A stretch of 63,996 nt of DNA, filler included, from Dirinaria sp. TL-2023a (GCA_051941275.1; 3 parts of 3 records of this genome joined end to end with filler, not necessarily neighbours in it), one strand, 5' to 3'; positions 24,226-37,891 are shown, numbered from the whole stretch's first letter. Notes: generated from the sequence alone by a model not told the origin. Numbers and translations are program-made.

Positions 24226-24795
24226 GGCCAGGTCTGGAGCGGCGGAGAGGGAGACGGATTCTTTACGGGAACGAGGGGACGCGTCAGTCGGGCCGAGGCA
24301 AAAGCGCTCAACCTTCTCTTTAAGTCTGTAAATTTTTTCGTCGGTGCTGCTGGAAAGACCATCAGAATCGGTACGGGGCGCTTTGCGCGTTCGCCGAGGT
24401 TTAGGGTTGCGAGGAGCCATGAGCTGAGGTGGGATTCGAATCGCTTGACTGAGTCGGTGAAAAGGGGGTAATGATCCCGGATTATGGTCCAGGATTAGAT
24501 GATGGAGCAATTTCTGAGTAAAGTACCTTAGAAGAACCTCTGTCGAAACACTTCCCTCTCGACACTTCAGTGCCCAAAAGGAGGCATCAAGAAACGTGAT
24601 TTCGCACGAGGCAGACAGTGTCGACCGCTCTTGCCCAGCTGCGCACAACATCTGCAATGAAAAGGAATGCACAATCCCCTGCTGGAACTCGCATGAACAT
24701 TTGTCACAGTGACAGACTTATGTGAGTGCTGGACTGATGATAATAAACATTCGTTGTAAGCATGCAGAGAACTATGAAACTATGTACAAAATCGC

Positions 24796-26600
24796 CTATG
24801 CAATCCAGAACCAGATCCTCTCCAAGATATTTCTCGGTACTCGTTCCGGCCAATGCGCGTCTGCTGCATCCAAAGCTGCCTTACCAGTGAATATATCGGC
24901 CTGCGACGGCCTGACGAACGAGGTGCGCTTGAAAATCTTCCAGAAAACATACAGAACCAGATAAATAGGAATACCGACATAAGCGGTGACGAAATCATCG
25001 ATCGACCATGGCTTGAAGACGTAGAAGCCATTGAAAATGGTGATGATGGCGAAGAAGAAGAGGGAGAAATACGCGGTGAATGGCTGGAAGGGTGATTTGA
25101 AAACGAGGGTATTCCGGTCCACCCCGTGGGCCCGGAGCGCCTTGTGAAATTGGATATACGCTATCGAGACGCTCATCCATGTGAAGAGGTTGGCGATGGT
25201 TGTCAAATTTTGGAACCAGGTGAAGACCACATTGGCGCCGGATGAGCAACTAAGGTAGGTCAACAGCGAGATGGAGGCGGTCACTATAATGCAATAGACC
25301 GGTACACCTCGTTTTGTACATTTCAGGAAGAACCTTGGAGCTTGTCCGTTCTGCGCCAGAGCGTACAGATATCGGCTTCCGGTGTAAAGGAAAGCGTTGG
25401 CCGAAGAAGTCGCCGAAGTCAAGATAACAGCGTTGATGATCGAGGGCAGCGCAGGTACACCGGCACGGTAGACAGCAATGACCCACGGCGAAGCAGCACC
25501 GCCTGGAGCACCGCTCTTGATAGCGCCGATTAGCCTCGGCTCATTGTATGGGATCAGAACACCGATTGCGAGCGAGCCGAGGACGTAAAAGAACAGAATA
25601 CGCCAAAAGACACGGCGAACCGCTTTTGGTATGTTGTGACGTGGGTTCTCTGCTTCACCAGCGGCCACAGCAACCATCTCCACACCGCCGTATGCGAAAG
25701 CAGCATTGACCAGAGTCGAGAAAAGTCCGAGGAACCGTCCGGTGGACCCGGTAGAGACATACTCCTTCATTGCCCCGGGATTGTTCCAATATCGAAAACC
25801 CAGACGATCGTGTGTGGGTCCCCCACCAAGATCGATAATGAAAGCGAAGAGGATCAAGCCCACAATGGTGATGATTTTGATACTGGCGAAACAAAATTCG
25901 GCCTCTCCGTAGATCGAGACGGCGAAGATGTTTAGGCAAATGACCAAAACAATGATGATTGATATCCAAGCTGCCACGTTGATCCCCACTGCTCCATTCC
26001 AGAATTGAATGACAACGGAAGCGGCCGAAATTTCAGCGCAGAGCGTGATGGCAGCTTGATACCAATTCTGTACTGCAATCAGCTTCGGTCTCAATGGTCG
26101 TTCGTACTCGAAATACGCACATTCCAACCCACAGCAAAGCCCATAGCAGGATCAACGTATCGCGCGCAGAATTGGGGAATAGCACCTGGGAGAGGTAGCC
26201 ATGTAGCCATCTCACCAAGAGACTGCATCATGGCATATATCGCAATACCTGTAAAGGCGTATCCGAGGAGGATGCTCAAAGGTCCAGCCTGGGTAAAGGC
26301 TCGTCCAATCCCCAAGAATAGACCTGTTCCAATAGTACCGCCGAGGGCAATGAATTGAATATGACGAGATTTGAGTCTAGTGGCCAGTCAGCGTCCCATT
26401 CACGGATCCGAGACGTTTATGGTTTTTGAATACCCTCGAGAGACGTAGCCATATTCCTCCGCAGAGGCGAGATCCCCGTAGAGATCTGCCGCCTCGCCAA
26501 TCCTGATGCCCTTCTCTTCTACCACCCTCGTAGCATCATCAAGTGGCGGCGAGTCGTTGCTGTATTTCTCCCCCGCATACGTCGGCTCTTTGACGTCCAT
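24796..26600 (-). CDS. APC-superfamily (YAT) amino-acid permease, proline/general permease-like; 3 exons
   Basis: Exons 26600-26434, 26376-26121 and 26067-24796. Spliced motifs: RGLKSRHIQFIALGGTIGTGLFLG, SLGEMATWLP, GFAVGWN|NWY, YGEAEF, GFRYWNNPG, AGEAENP, GSRYLYALA. About 12 hydrophobic segments. Confidence 0.92.
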
Positions 26601-29444
26601 AACGAGAGTACGTATTCCAATACAGGTCTACTAGAGGCGAAGGCCAGACAAACTCGATCTTGTTACGCCAAGAGAAGGAAAGAAAGGACCAGGACCCCCG
26701 GTACCTTAAGCGAGATCGAGATGTGTTGAGAGAGGAATCGGCACCTTGCAGGTGGGGTGCAGCAAGAATGAATGCCGTACTCAACCGCACTCACGCGAGG
26801 AATGTGTGATGCACCATCGAGGAGGGTGGAGACTATATATAATAGCCCCTCATGCAACTTTGCGCCTGCAACCCTGATGGAGCATCTCACCACCGACGAG
26901 TGTAAGGTAGGCATGGAACGTGACTTAGTTCCCCTTCTGGAACTAGGTTATCAGCAGCAGTGCCGATGCGCCTTCCAACTTCAGCATCGGAGCGAGGTTT
27001 GGTTACGAGCTGGACCCCAAGAGGACAGGATGATTAGCCACTCAGGCCGTCCATCAGACATGGGAGAGACAGCAAACATAGGCTAAGGACCGATCAAGCT
27101 GCTTATCTTAGACCCAGTCAAGGGGCCTGGAACAACGACGAACCCTGGCATTGGCTGCTATCGGCCATGTGCGTCTCGCAGCTGATTGGCCATAAAAATT
27201 TGATCTATCCGCCATCCGTGGGGAGCAGACAGTAGAGGTGCAGCCAGCACGGCGAACTAGGCACTTTGGGATAGCATCAGACTGTTCGACTTCCACACGT
27301 CCATACGAACCGAGGATGCGACGCTGAATTTGTGGACCAGCAGTGTCACCTTATAACCCTAGTCTCGTCTTTCCCAATTCACGCTCCTGAGGCAGCCCCA
27401 CGAAAAATCTCCGTTATCGGTATCACCATCAGCCTCAAGATAGATGACAAGCGCAGCCAAGCGCGATGCTGTTTCTTATCGCCAGCGTTGTTACTATTGG
27501 AGTCGATGTAGAACAATTCATTATTAGGGTTGGTGCGAAAAGCGTTCGGCTGTCTGTGAGAATGGCGATCAGCATGCTTTAGTGCATAGACGAGCGCTGA
27601 CAAGGAAGGTTGCAGCCATCACGAGTCAGGCTTATGGTCTGACTCCTTACGTCCGTCGGAGGGGAATTTTCCAGGAAAGCCAGTCGGAGTTGCGATACCC
27701 CAGCTGCACCAGCGGCCCGAGCTGCAAAGTTGGACAATGGAGGCAAAGGTGACAGTCGAGCCATTATTTCATTCGCAGCAGGGGCACCGAGAGGGTGGTT
27801 CAGGTGCACTTTGATCTGCATGTGAGATGCTCGCACTTCGGTATAATGCATCGGGCTAGCGCACGATGGCCTACAAAAACTTGAAGCGACGGAAGCTTGA
27901 AAAGAAAAGAAAATTCAGCCGAAGTCGTTAGCTTAGTGGCGGCACCTTCATATCAAATCTGAGCACACCTTCTGGAAAGACAAAAGCAAAAGATGCAAGA
28001 TCGAACTTGTTCGTTTGACGATAACGTTGGCTCGTGGCTTAGCGTTTCTCTGGCTCTTGGATTTCATCATCTGTAACTCGTTGCGAGACTAAGGTAGGTA
28101 GTCGCCGAGTCGCCGAGTCGCCCAAATGAAACTTGCCTTGGCAGACGCTACCTGAAGTAGCTCGAGGCTTGTTTTTACTGTCACTACCACTACCACTGCC
28201 ACTGCCAGTGCGCATCGATAGATAAGTAGCCACAGAACCCACCATACATTGTTATTCCCTCAAGAAACGGCGCCATTAATATTCAGATACTGGAAGCTCA
28301 TGATCCACTGTCGCGTCATCTGTCCCGTCATCGTTTTGTTTTCAATTATTTGTCCGCACATTGGGTTTTGCGGTTATCGGTTCGTCCGAGGGTCTAAGGC
28401 ATGTCTTAGGTGCGGAGGTTGGAGGGGTTATTAGGTAAAACAGAACGGTTTGAGGGAGATCTGCATCAATTCCGCTCGAGGTACCGAGGTCTCAAGCGAG
28501 GCTATTGATAGGCATGACCACGAAATCAAACCCATCGCATAGAATCATATCAAGAAGAACAAAATAAGGTGAAGCGGTTCTCATCCAGGAGTGGCAATAG
28601 CCAGACCATCCGAAGTGGACCAACCACAGAGCCGCATTCGTACCTACTTTACTTTCCTTGTCTCTCCTTCCCTCGCTGCCTTATAAAGTATGTATTGGGA
28701 CTAGGTATTTAGCCCGATAGTGGAGAGAGGTCGGTCGAAAAAACTCACTGATCCATTCTCATTTGTTTATTCGTGCGTCAAAAATTGGTATTCTTTCTTG
28801 ATCGGAGAATCATCTTCGGCTCGAAAGTCTGCAAACCGGAAAAATCTTCCATGAAGTCTTCAGTCACTGGCAGACACTCCCAGCTGTGGATCATATATGT
28901 GAGTAGCGAGCCGCACTACTTATTGGAAGCTTTTAGCGTATGATGTTTGTAAGTCAAGGATGTCTGGCTATTGCTGTTGTCAACCAAATTCCAATTAGGG
29001 TAGACAAGGCACAAATGGAACCAGCGTATGTCTAAGGCGTATAGACTGTTGCCTGCTTTCTCTGCAGAGCATACGATCTTTGGCTTATACATCTGCGGAA
29101 TTGGACCGCTGTCCTCTATATAGGATTACTAATTGATCTTGCTAAAAACTATCACCACACAGTACCAGCAGGTTGGTCACTGACTGCGATTTATAATCAA
29201 GTACAGTTCATGATCGGCTACGATTGGTCATCAGCTGGGAGCGTTCAGTACCATTGGTCAATCGTAACAATGCCGGCCGAATGAGGGCGGTGTATGGCGT
29301 TTGGCGATTAGAAATTCAAAGCACTCAGGTTAGACGCTCAACAGTCTATGAAGTTACACTTGCATAATCGAAATGTATATCATATAAGGCATAGAGCTCT
29401 TGCTCCATGTTCATTCTTCATCTTTTCCGTACAAGCTCCAGAAT

Positions 29445-30268
29445 ATGGCTAGCGTATCCCCAGTCATTCTCATTCTCGGCGCAGGTCCCAGAATTGGGCA
29501 GAACGTGGCTCGAGCCTTTGCTTCCAAGGGCTACAAGGTAGCGCTCGCATCTAGAAACGCAAAGGAAGAAGAGAGCACCACGGACCAAGTCAACGTCTCG
29601 GGTGACTTATCAGATCCTGATTCTGTTACCGGGGTATTCTCGAAAGTCAAGAAACTACTTGGACTCCCAAGCGTTGTCGTATATAATGGTCAGGATGATT
29701 GCTCTTCAAATACTTCAAAAATTCTACATCAATCCCTGCTAATATATTCTTCAAAGCTGGTGCCGCAACTCAAAACGATCCGAAGAATCCCCTGTCTCTC
29801 TCTTATACAGACTTCATTCGAGACATGAACATAAACACAAACAGCGCTTTCATCGCCGCGCAGCAAGCCGCCCTAGCCTTTGAACAACTCCCTGACTCCG
29901 CATCCAAAACATTCATCTACACGGGAAATATCCTGAACACCACGACCATGGCACCGTTGATGGATTTGGGCGTTGGCAAGTCTGCCACAGCGCATATCAT
30001 CCAGTCTGCAGCTGCCGCTTACTCAGATCGAGGATTCAAGTATGTGTTTCCGCTTCTCACTTTGATATAAGCTTGTGACCAGGATTGATGAAACGTAAGG
30101 TTCTATTACGCGGATGAACGGAAATCTGATGGGGGGCCTGCTCTGATGGGTATTGATGGAGACGCGCATGCGAAGCTCTACGCTCAACTTGCTGAGGGAA
30201 AGGCGCAGGGGCCTTGGCAGCAGACTTTTGTCAAAGGTGTAGGATACAAGCAATTCCCAGCTGCGTGA
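29445..30268 (+). CDS. Atypical short-chain dehydrogenase/reductase (Rossmann fold); 3 exons
   Basis: Exons 29445-29688, 29757-30039 and 30100-30268, with both acceptors AAG. Motifs: ILGAGPRIG, VALASR, DLSDP, VVVYN|AGA, TFIYTGN, LGVGKSATAHII, FYYADER, GPWQQTFVKGVGY. Confidence 0.85.
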
Positions 30269-31125
30269 TGTATGAGGTTGGTTGTTGCTGGGCAGCGCTG
30301 CTTCACATGTGCAGCAAGCACATCGTATCAGCTTACAGTCAGATAGGTTGGATCTATAAGGCAGGACTTGAATTTCACTTGCAATTATGTTTACGAGTGT
30401 CGCAAGCACGAGATAGCGAGTCCCTGGTGTTGAAATGAGAGTCTTGAGAGATTCGCCTGGTCTTCCCTTTGTGACATATGGCCTCGACCAGAGTATCGAT
30501 TCTACCATAGCCGGCATCAATGAGCAACCATTTGAAATTTGTGCCAGAAGAATGCGTACTCGGGTCGCATATCAATTCCTCTTAAGGCCTAGCGGCAGCC
30601 ACTTTTCCCCTGTTAAGCTCTTGACATGTAGATGCTTGGTCATCGTACTCGTATTGGCAGCCACATGGGTTTCTGGCTCCTGTTGAGGGAGGCACTACGC
30701 TCAAAATTGTAGGTGCGAAGCTGCTGATGTGAAGTGCACAGATCTCATGACATTTCAGCCAGCCACAAACCCTTCTTTCTGGCCCGCTACAAAAGGCAGG
30801 AATATCGAGTATTTTAACAATTAATGATGCGTTGCAGCACTACAGCCTCGTTCTCTAGACTGTTCCGGTATGTGAAACCCGCCTGCACGGAACCTGGAAA
30901 TTTGTACTTCGACGTTCTGGACGATTTGAACATCTCCACCCGTTTCGTGGATTTTTGAAGGAGGATTTTAAGATTAGGATTTACGAGCCAAAGGGATTAC
31001 TCCCGAACAAGAACGAAAAGGTCCTTTCCCCTATTTGTGGATCATAAAGGGATCAAGAATCCGCTATATCCTTATTCTGGCAAAGAGCAAATACTCCAGC
31101 CCTTTCGAGAGACAAAATCTTTACA

Positions 31126-32801
31126 ATGTCTTTACAATGGAAAGACCCATCTTGGGGGGCTCTCAAACCTCCGCAGTTTAGCGGACAAAACGTTACGACT
31201 AACGCTACCCCTGGTGTCATTGGTTATGGCAACCATTTCTACTGTATCTGGTTAGACAAAGACACACTGAATCTTGGATGCGCCGCTACGGTCTTCTTGC
31301 TAAAACCGCGAATGCTCCCTATCTTGCAATGTTTCAAGGCCAATTATATTGCGCATACCGAGAGGACAGTACGAATGGGCTGTCGGAGGCATGTTGGTCC
31401 GAATCATCTGGATGGCAGAAAACAACCCAGGTCCTACTCCCTGTTCAAAGTATTGGGCAAGTAGCCATATTCGAGTTTATGGCTCGCTTGCAAATGCTTG
31501 TCGTTGAGAAGGGCTCCAATGCTATTAAATGATATGCTCGATCTGCAGCTGATGGGAGCTGGGAAGGTGTAGAAACGAAGGGCTCGGCAATGGAAGCTAC
31601 AGAATCCGGCGTCTCAGTTCAATGTGTCAATAATGTTGCGTTCATGACTTGCATCAACAGAACTGGAGTTGATATCACAGTATCGCAAATACACGATGAA
31701 GCCTGGGCTGAGACTGAGACAGCAGGGGGACCGCCGAGAAATAAACCTACTATTGCAGCTCTCGACAACGCAATGATCTGTGTCTGGAACGAGAAGAAGT
31801 CAGGAGCTCTTCAATGGAAGGTTCGAGACGCTTTGGATATCCCGCCATTGGACCGATGGATGAGTGCTCTCAGAGTGCCTTTGACGAACTACATATCCAC
31901 GCTTACAATTCCAGGCACCCATGATACTACAGCAATTAGCGACTTCCCATTCGTCGGCTGTCAGACTATGACAGTCCAAAGTCAGCTCATGTCAGGTATC
32001 AGATATTTCGATATACGCGCTGGGTTCAAGGGAGACAAGTTGGTTGCCTATCACGGAGGTTATGCAATCCATGGCTCTGGAGGATTTCTCTCCAATGTCG
32101 AGATTGCGCACGTTTTCACCGAATTCGCAAACTTTCTCGAAGACGAGATTCATAGGAAGGAATTTCTCATTGTTCAAATTAAGCAGGATCAGGGCGCCAA
32201 CGACCCACAAGAGGCAGAAAGATTCGGGCAAGCTATAAACAGCCTGATCGAGAAATCAAAAGATCTCTGGCTCACTGGTGCCGACGTGCCGACGCTGGAA
32301 AAAGCACGCGGCAAGATCCAGCTCATAAGAAGGTTTCCATGGAATGGTGAACTTGGTATCGATGTGTTCCAAGCGTGGAACGAGAATGACAATTCCGACT
32401 TTTTCTCAATCCCCAAAGAAGATTTCTCAATTAACATACAAGATCATTGGAACTTAGGTTGGGATTTTCAATGCCGGCCTCACAAATATGCTCTTGTCAA
32501 AGCGCAAATGGATAGAGCAAACAAAGACCCCGTATCCAAGAATATATACATCAACTTTGCCAGTGCTGTGGCTCCGAATCTCCTTGTGCAATCGAAAGAT
32601 ATTGCGATAGGACATAGGGCGAGTCCATTTGACGAGGTCAATTTTTACGAAGGAGTCAATCCCAGGCTCAGAGCCTTTTTCAACAACGATGCTAAGCCGG
32701 GTCATTACGGCATTATCCTGATGGACTATCCAGAAGAACCAGGGGAGTTGCTCCTTGCGATGATCAAGACCATTTTCTTGGAGTTACGGACTCAAGACTA
32801 G
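31126..32801 (+). pseudogene. Propeller-like repeat + PI-PLC X-domain gene with disrupted N-terminal half; 31590-32801 remains an open 403-aa frame
   Basis: The PI-PLC-X catalytic motifs WMS..ISTLTIPGTHDT, CQ..QLMSGIRYFDIR, AYHGG, ARGKIQLIRRF, IQD, YINFAS, GVNPRL and GIILMDYP are intact. The upstream coding signal is split by a frameshift near 31285 and an in-frame TGA at 31530-31532. Confidence 0.7.
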
Positions 32802-35653
32802 ACAATCGAGCCGGATCAGAAGGAACCAATACCCTTCAATTCAAGGTCCACTCTTGGTTCATGGTCTCCTGCAAGACCTTATTGCAATACAACAATCGAT
32901 GAAATCTCAAGGCATAAAACAATACGCCTGCTTTTAGAAAGATCTCCTCTTCAAATTCTCCATAAGTACCCTCTTCCGCGCTCGTGGGAATCCTATGCAT
33001 GCTCTATCTCTTCACATGTAAGGAAAACATCCCAATAATTACAGCAATCTCCGCTTCCACATCTCAAGCTCACTAGCTCAGAAGTAAAGGAGATCACACC
33101 TCTCATCCAAGAACAAAAAACAAAAAAAATATCAATATTCGATAGAAACCAAGCTTCTGCTTGTAAGTCCAGATGACAATTTTTCATAGACTAAATAGGT
33201 ATGACCCGCACATAGAAATCAAACAGAAACCACAAAAGCAGAGCAGGCTGAGCTTCCATGAACTGTATCGGTAAGACGCATGTATGATGAAGATCTGATA
33301 AATGTAGAACAGGATCGCTAGAGCAAAATGCGGGAAAAGGGGGCAGTATACAATTTGTTTCGTCCTTTGGATGGTTGATAGACCTGGCTTTTGAATAAAG
33401 AGGAATTCATAATTTCAGAGTGATATGCTTAGTAGATAATTCGGGCAGATTCTGAACATGTCGCTGTCCTACTAACGTACCGAGGTCTGCAAGTAAAATC
33501 CAGGTGTGTTAGTATGCGGCCTTTGACTTCCCCCTTCACCCTTTTTGTGATGGAATTTCGTCAATCTCTGCCAAGTGAGATTTACGAAAACATTCATAAA
33601 ACCCTAACAAGAATGTATGATATGCCATCTACTACATACAAACCATCCATAAAACCAAAAAAGCACTTACATAAAAAACCAAAATACAAGATTTTTATCT
33701 TGAATAATGACAATTATTGAAGCAACATATTCCAGACAGCCGCGTTTAGTTCAGTGCAAATACTTGAATATGGCTCCAACCCTGCCTTTACAAAAGCCTA
33801 TGTCCTTTCTGGAATCTGAGGGTGCAGTAATTGGAGAACGCGCGTTGTCTACTTTTTTTTTCCTTTTGCGGGAATTGATGGACGTTCGAACCAGGTGTTG
33901 GATAACTTTTTCTTTTTTTTCTTTTTTTTGGGCCTAACACTTTTTGTTCTTATCACCTTCGTCCACAACATGCTTTCGATGTCTCATAGGACTGCCATTG
34001 TCAAGAGTCACATAACATTGATTTCGGATTCGCCGGCGCCAGATACGGAAAGTTATGTTCGTACTAGAACGGACGTTGGACTTATACCATGTACGGCGAA
34101 CTTTATGGGAGCTTAGATAGAATGCAAGCTTTACCGACGTATTAGATATACCTTACTCATTGCACAATGGCCTCTGCCAATGTACCGATGATTTCCTCAT
34201 TTTGAATTTTATTTTTCAACCTGTCACCCATCATGATGTGGTCATAATGAGCCCTGTGTTCTCTATCAATCAAGATGCTAATGCTCTAGCTATATCCATC
34301 GCTTGCGTTCGGGGATTGAACTCTCGGTTCAAGAATGAGTCTATCGGGCCTGGAAGATGCTAGGAGGGGAATAATTCGGGTGGCTCATGTGCAATTCGAA
34401 GACGCAAAGTAATGAGAAACTCGCCAAAACTCAATATGAGACAGGGAGAGGGAAAGTGGAACAGGGTCAGATGACTCTGAAGTGAGGACAACGGTCTTTT
34501 GATTCAAATTCAGGGCGAAGAATCGTCAAGGCAAAGAGGTTGAAATAGGTTCTGCGTAAATTCGAGGCAGTCAAAATCATGGAATAAGAGCCACTCAAGA
34601 CCGGAACTCGATTTTCAAGGACGATCGATCCCTTCGTAGATGATCAGAGAACTATGTGAAGAAAGCTGAGTCTGTAGCGCCGGCCACTTGTACTTTCGTG
34701 ATTTATCCTTGGCTTTCGTCACATTAGCTTTTTCATTTCCTGTAAAGTTTTGAGTCTATACAGATTCTCATGTCTTACTACTGAGTTGTTCAAACACGAC
34801 CATATCTAAAGCATACATGGGCCGTGCTTATCAGACACACTTGCAGGCTGAAGTCACTCTGCTCTACTTATTAGGAGCAGATTGGTAGCATGCATCACAT
34901 ACACATAGACTTCAGCGCTGATCAGATGATAGTCATCAGATTCAGCTCTTGATCTAAGAAGATCGTTCATCGCCAGATTCCTTTGTTGGATTATCTGTAC
35001 GTCCTGAGGCACAGATTTCGACTTGCACACAATTGTCTGAAGACATCAGGGTTTGCCGATTCAGGACATAGAAAGATGAGTTAGCGACAGATAAACTATG
35101 TGAGTCTAAACTTTTGATCCGGAACAAAGGGATCAACTTACACTCCTCTCAACCGTGATTTGATGACCTTATGGAGCACTTTGCGATGAACTATGTCCTC
35201 AGATCAACGGCTCAAACTAGTGGTTGTCACCTAATATGCACATCAACACCCTGTTCGCCGTCGCTCTTAGGATTCTGTGGTGATTGAGGGACTATAGACG
35301 GGATGGAGTCAAGCCGAACACGGAGCGGAGTAAGGTATCGCCGGGAAGGATCGGACCTCCGGATCGGAGACCTTAAAGCCATCAAGCCTGCGCCAAGAGA
35401 TGAACGCGATCCGCGTCGTCTCTCGACTTTGACACTGTTACAGTGTTTCATTTTCTAAAAGTCACGCACTTGAACACCGCAAAGTGTGCTTTATAGTCCT
35501 GTGAGCCGCGGCTGGCATCTGGCTCAAAGGACTGTACTCCAGCAATCTCTCGAGTTGAGATTGCTGTCTGTACTCGTGATAGAAGCACGATCATCTGTCT
35601 GCAGCTGCATGGGTTCTAACGGCCACCTGCCGAATAAAAGAAATTAGCCCACA

Positions 35654-37891
35654 ATGGCACCAACCAACACGTCCGGTAGCATCTATTCCGCAACATACAG
35701 CAATGTTAGTCTATCTATATATCATCGCTAGGTTATCCAGCTCCATGAGGTAAAAATGCTAACCCGCTGCTAAGGTGCCCGTGTTCGAGTTCAATGTGGA
35801 AGGAAACCATGTTATGCGCCGCCGCCAAGATGACTGGATTAATGCCACCCACATACTCAAAGTAGCCGACTATGATAAACCTCAGCGCACAAGGATACTT
35901 GAGCGAGAAGTCCAGAAGGGTGTTCATGAGAAGGTACAAGGGGGATATGGCAAATACCAAGGTGTGCTTGGGTTACATGCTTGAGAGTGTCAATGGCTGA
36001 AGAAAGCGCTGACCAATGCCACTCAAGGCACTTGGATACCTCTGCATGAAGGTCGAATACTTGCTCAGCGCAACAACGTCCTCCACAAATTACAACCATT
36101 GTTCGATTACGTCCCTGGCGATATAAGCCCACCACAAGCCCCTAAGCATGCCACCAACAAGCCCAAGCTCCCACGAGCTATGGCACTCCCGAAGAAACAG
36201 AGTACGTGGGAAATAAATTCTAGAAAATCAAAGACTCATCTGTTACAGGAACCAAGTTCAGGCCCAATGCAAGTCAAATGAGCGATGACCCTTACGACAA
36301 TATCAGTGCGCAGCTCAACGATGACGAATCGGTAGAAAACTCCTCCATGATCTCAGGGTCGTTCATTCAGGAGGACGACTATCGTGGTCCGTATTCCGGA
36401 GCCTCTCGTAAGAGGAAACGTGCGCCGGAGAATGTCCTCGTGGATCAGCATCACCAGCTCTATGGCGATTCGCTCCTCGATTATTTCGTTCTCTCGTCAG
36501 AGAATCCTGTTGGCCTCGAATCCAGTATGCCACCAACGCCGCCACCAGGATACCAGGTGGATCGAGCTATCGATGATCAGCAGCACACAGCCATTCATTG
36601 GGCGGCAGCAATGGCCGACATTCCCGTCGTGCGACTATTCCTAGATCTCTCCGCTGACATTGGCGCTCGGAACATCCGTGGCGAAACACCCCTGATCAGG
36701 GCCGTCATATTTACCAACAATTACGAAAAGCAAACCATGGGCCAACTAGTTGATCTCCTCAAAGACTCCATCTGCATCCATGATAACTTTAGCGGAACAG
36801 TCCTCCACCACATTGCAGCAACAACACAAAGCCACAGCCGCAAGAAAGTAGCGCGTTACTACTTCGACGTGTTTCTCAGCAAGCTAAGCCAAATGCTGCC
36901 GGCCCCCGAATTTGCCAACTTTCTCAACGCACGCGATCTCAAAGGCGACACTGCCCTGCACATCGTTGCGCGAAATCATGCTAGGAAGTGTATTCGTACG
37001 CTCCTGGGTGGTGGGGCAGCAGATGACATACCCAACAACGACCGTGAGACCGCCGATCAGCTTATCCACCTTGCCCGCCTCCAGCGCCATGACGAATACG
37101 CACTCGCCTCCTCGTCTCCCGCTCAGTTCGAAGCCTCCCTAACGAACGGGTACAGCACTACGAATCGCGCTGAACCCTCTCTCGCCATCCACAAACAGTC
37201 ACCAATATACTCTACTGCTGCCGCCCGTTCCTTTAGCGACTCCTTCGGCCCGCTCGTCTCCGGCAAGGGATTACAGATCGCATTAGCCCTGGACAGCGAA
37301 GTGCAAGATAAAGCCGCCGACCTCGCCGAAGCGCAACGCTTGCTACACAACGTCGAAAGCGAGCGTCATCTCGTGCGGCAACGCATGTTTGCGCTAATGA
37401 CAGGCATGGACGTGGGCGAGGACGAGCAAGAATTCGAGGACCTGAAGGGCGCACACACGGTCTTGCAAGCCGTCACGCAGAGCTTTCTCGAGCAGTCCCA
37501 GCACCGCGAACTCCATCAGGAAATCCGCTCTGGCGAAGCCCAGCTCCCGCGCTCGGCGCACCGCGTCGAGATCAATGGCGCCAATAACAATCTCCCAGAG
37601 CCAGTGCTGGCGGAGAAATTCACGGCCGCGCGCCATCTGGCCGCGGAGCAGGATAAGAGACGGCAGATGGTCGAGAGTGTAGTGCGCGCACAGGCGACTG
37701 CCGGAATGAGCGAGAAAGGAGAGGGATGCAAAGACCTGATTGCGCAGCTGACGGGCGTGGACAGGGACGAAGTCGGGGGATTGGTGCCGGAATTGCTGGA
37801 AGAGCTGGAGATGAGTAAGACAGAGGGCCTGGCTGGTGCGGGTAGGGGTGCGGGTAGGTTATTGCCCAAAACGGCGATTGCGACGTTTTAA
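35654..37891 (+). CDS. MBP1: MBF transcription factor subunit Mbp1/Res2 (KilA-N/APSES domain + ankyrin repeats); 4 exons
   Basis: Exons 35654-35704, 35775-35961, 36028-36201 and 36249-37891. Spliced APSES domain: [51 protein letters not shown]. Ankyrin repeats: [38 protein letters not shown]. Confidence 0.92.

Noticed and set aside
24420..24450. TTCGAATCCCAC on the minus strand resembling a tRNA T-loop
   Set aside because: The T-stem does not pair (AGCGA vs CCCAC), and no D-arm or anticodon arm could be built.
24226..24672. 149-aa N-terminal extension in the 296-aa ORF-track call
   Set aside because: It starts at a non-ATG codon, runs back almost to the permease 3' end and has no coding character. 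An in-frame ATG near 24420 cannot be fully excluded.
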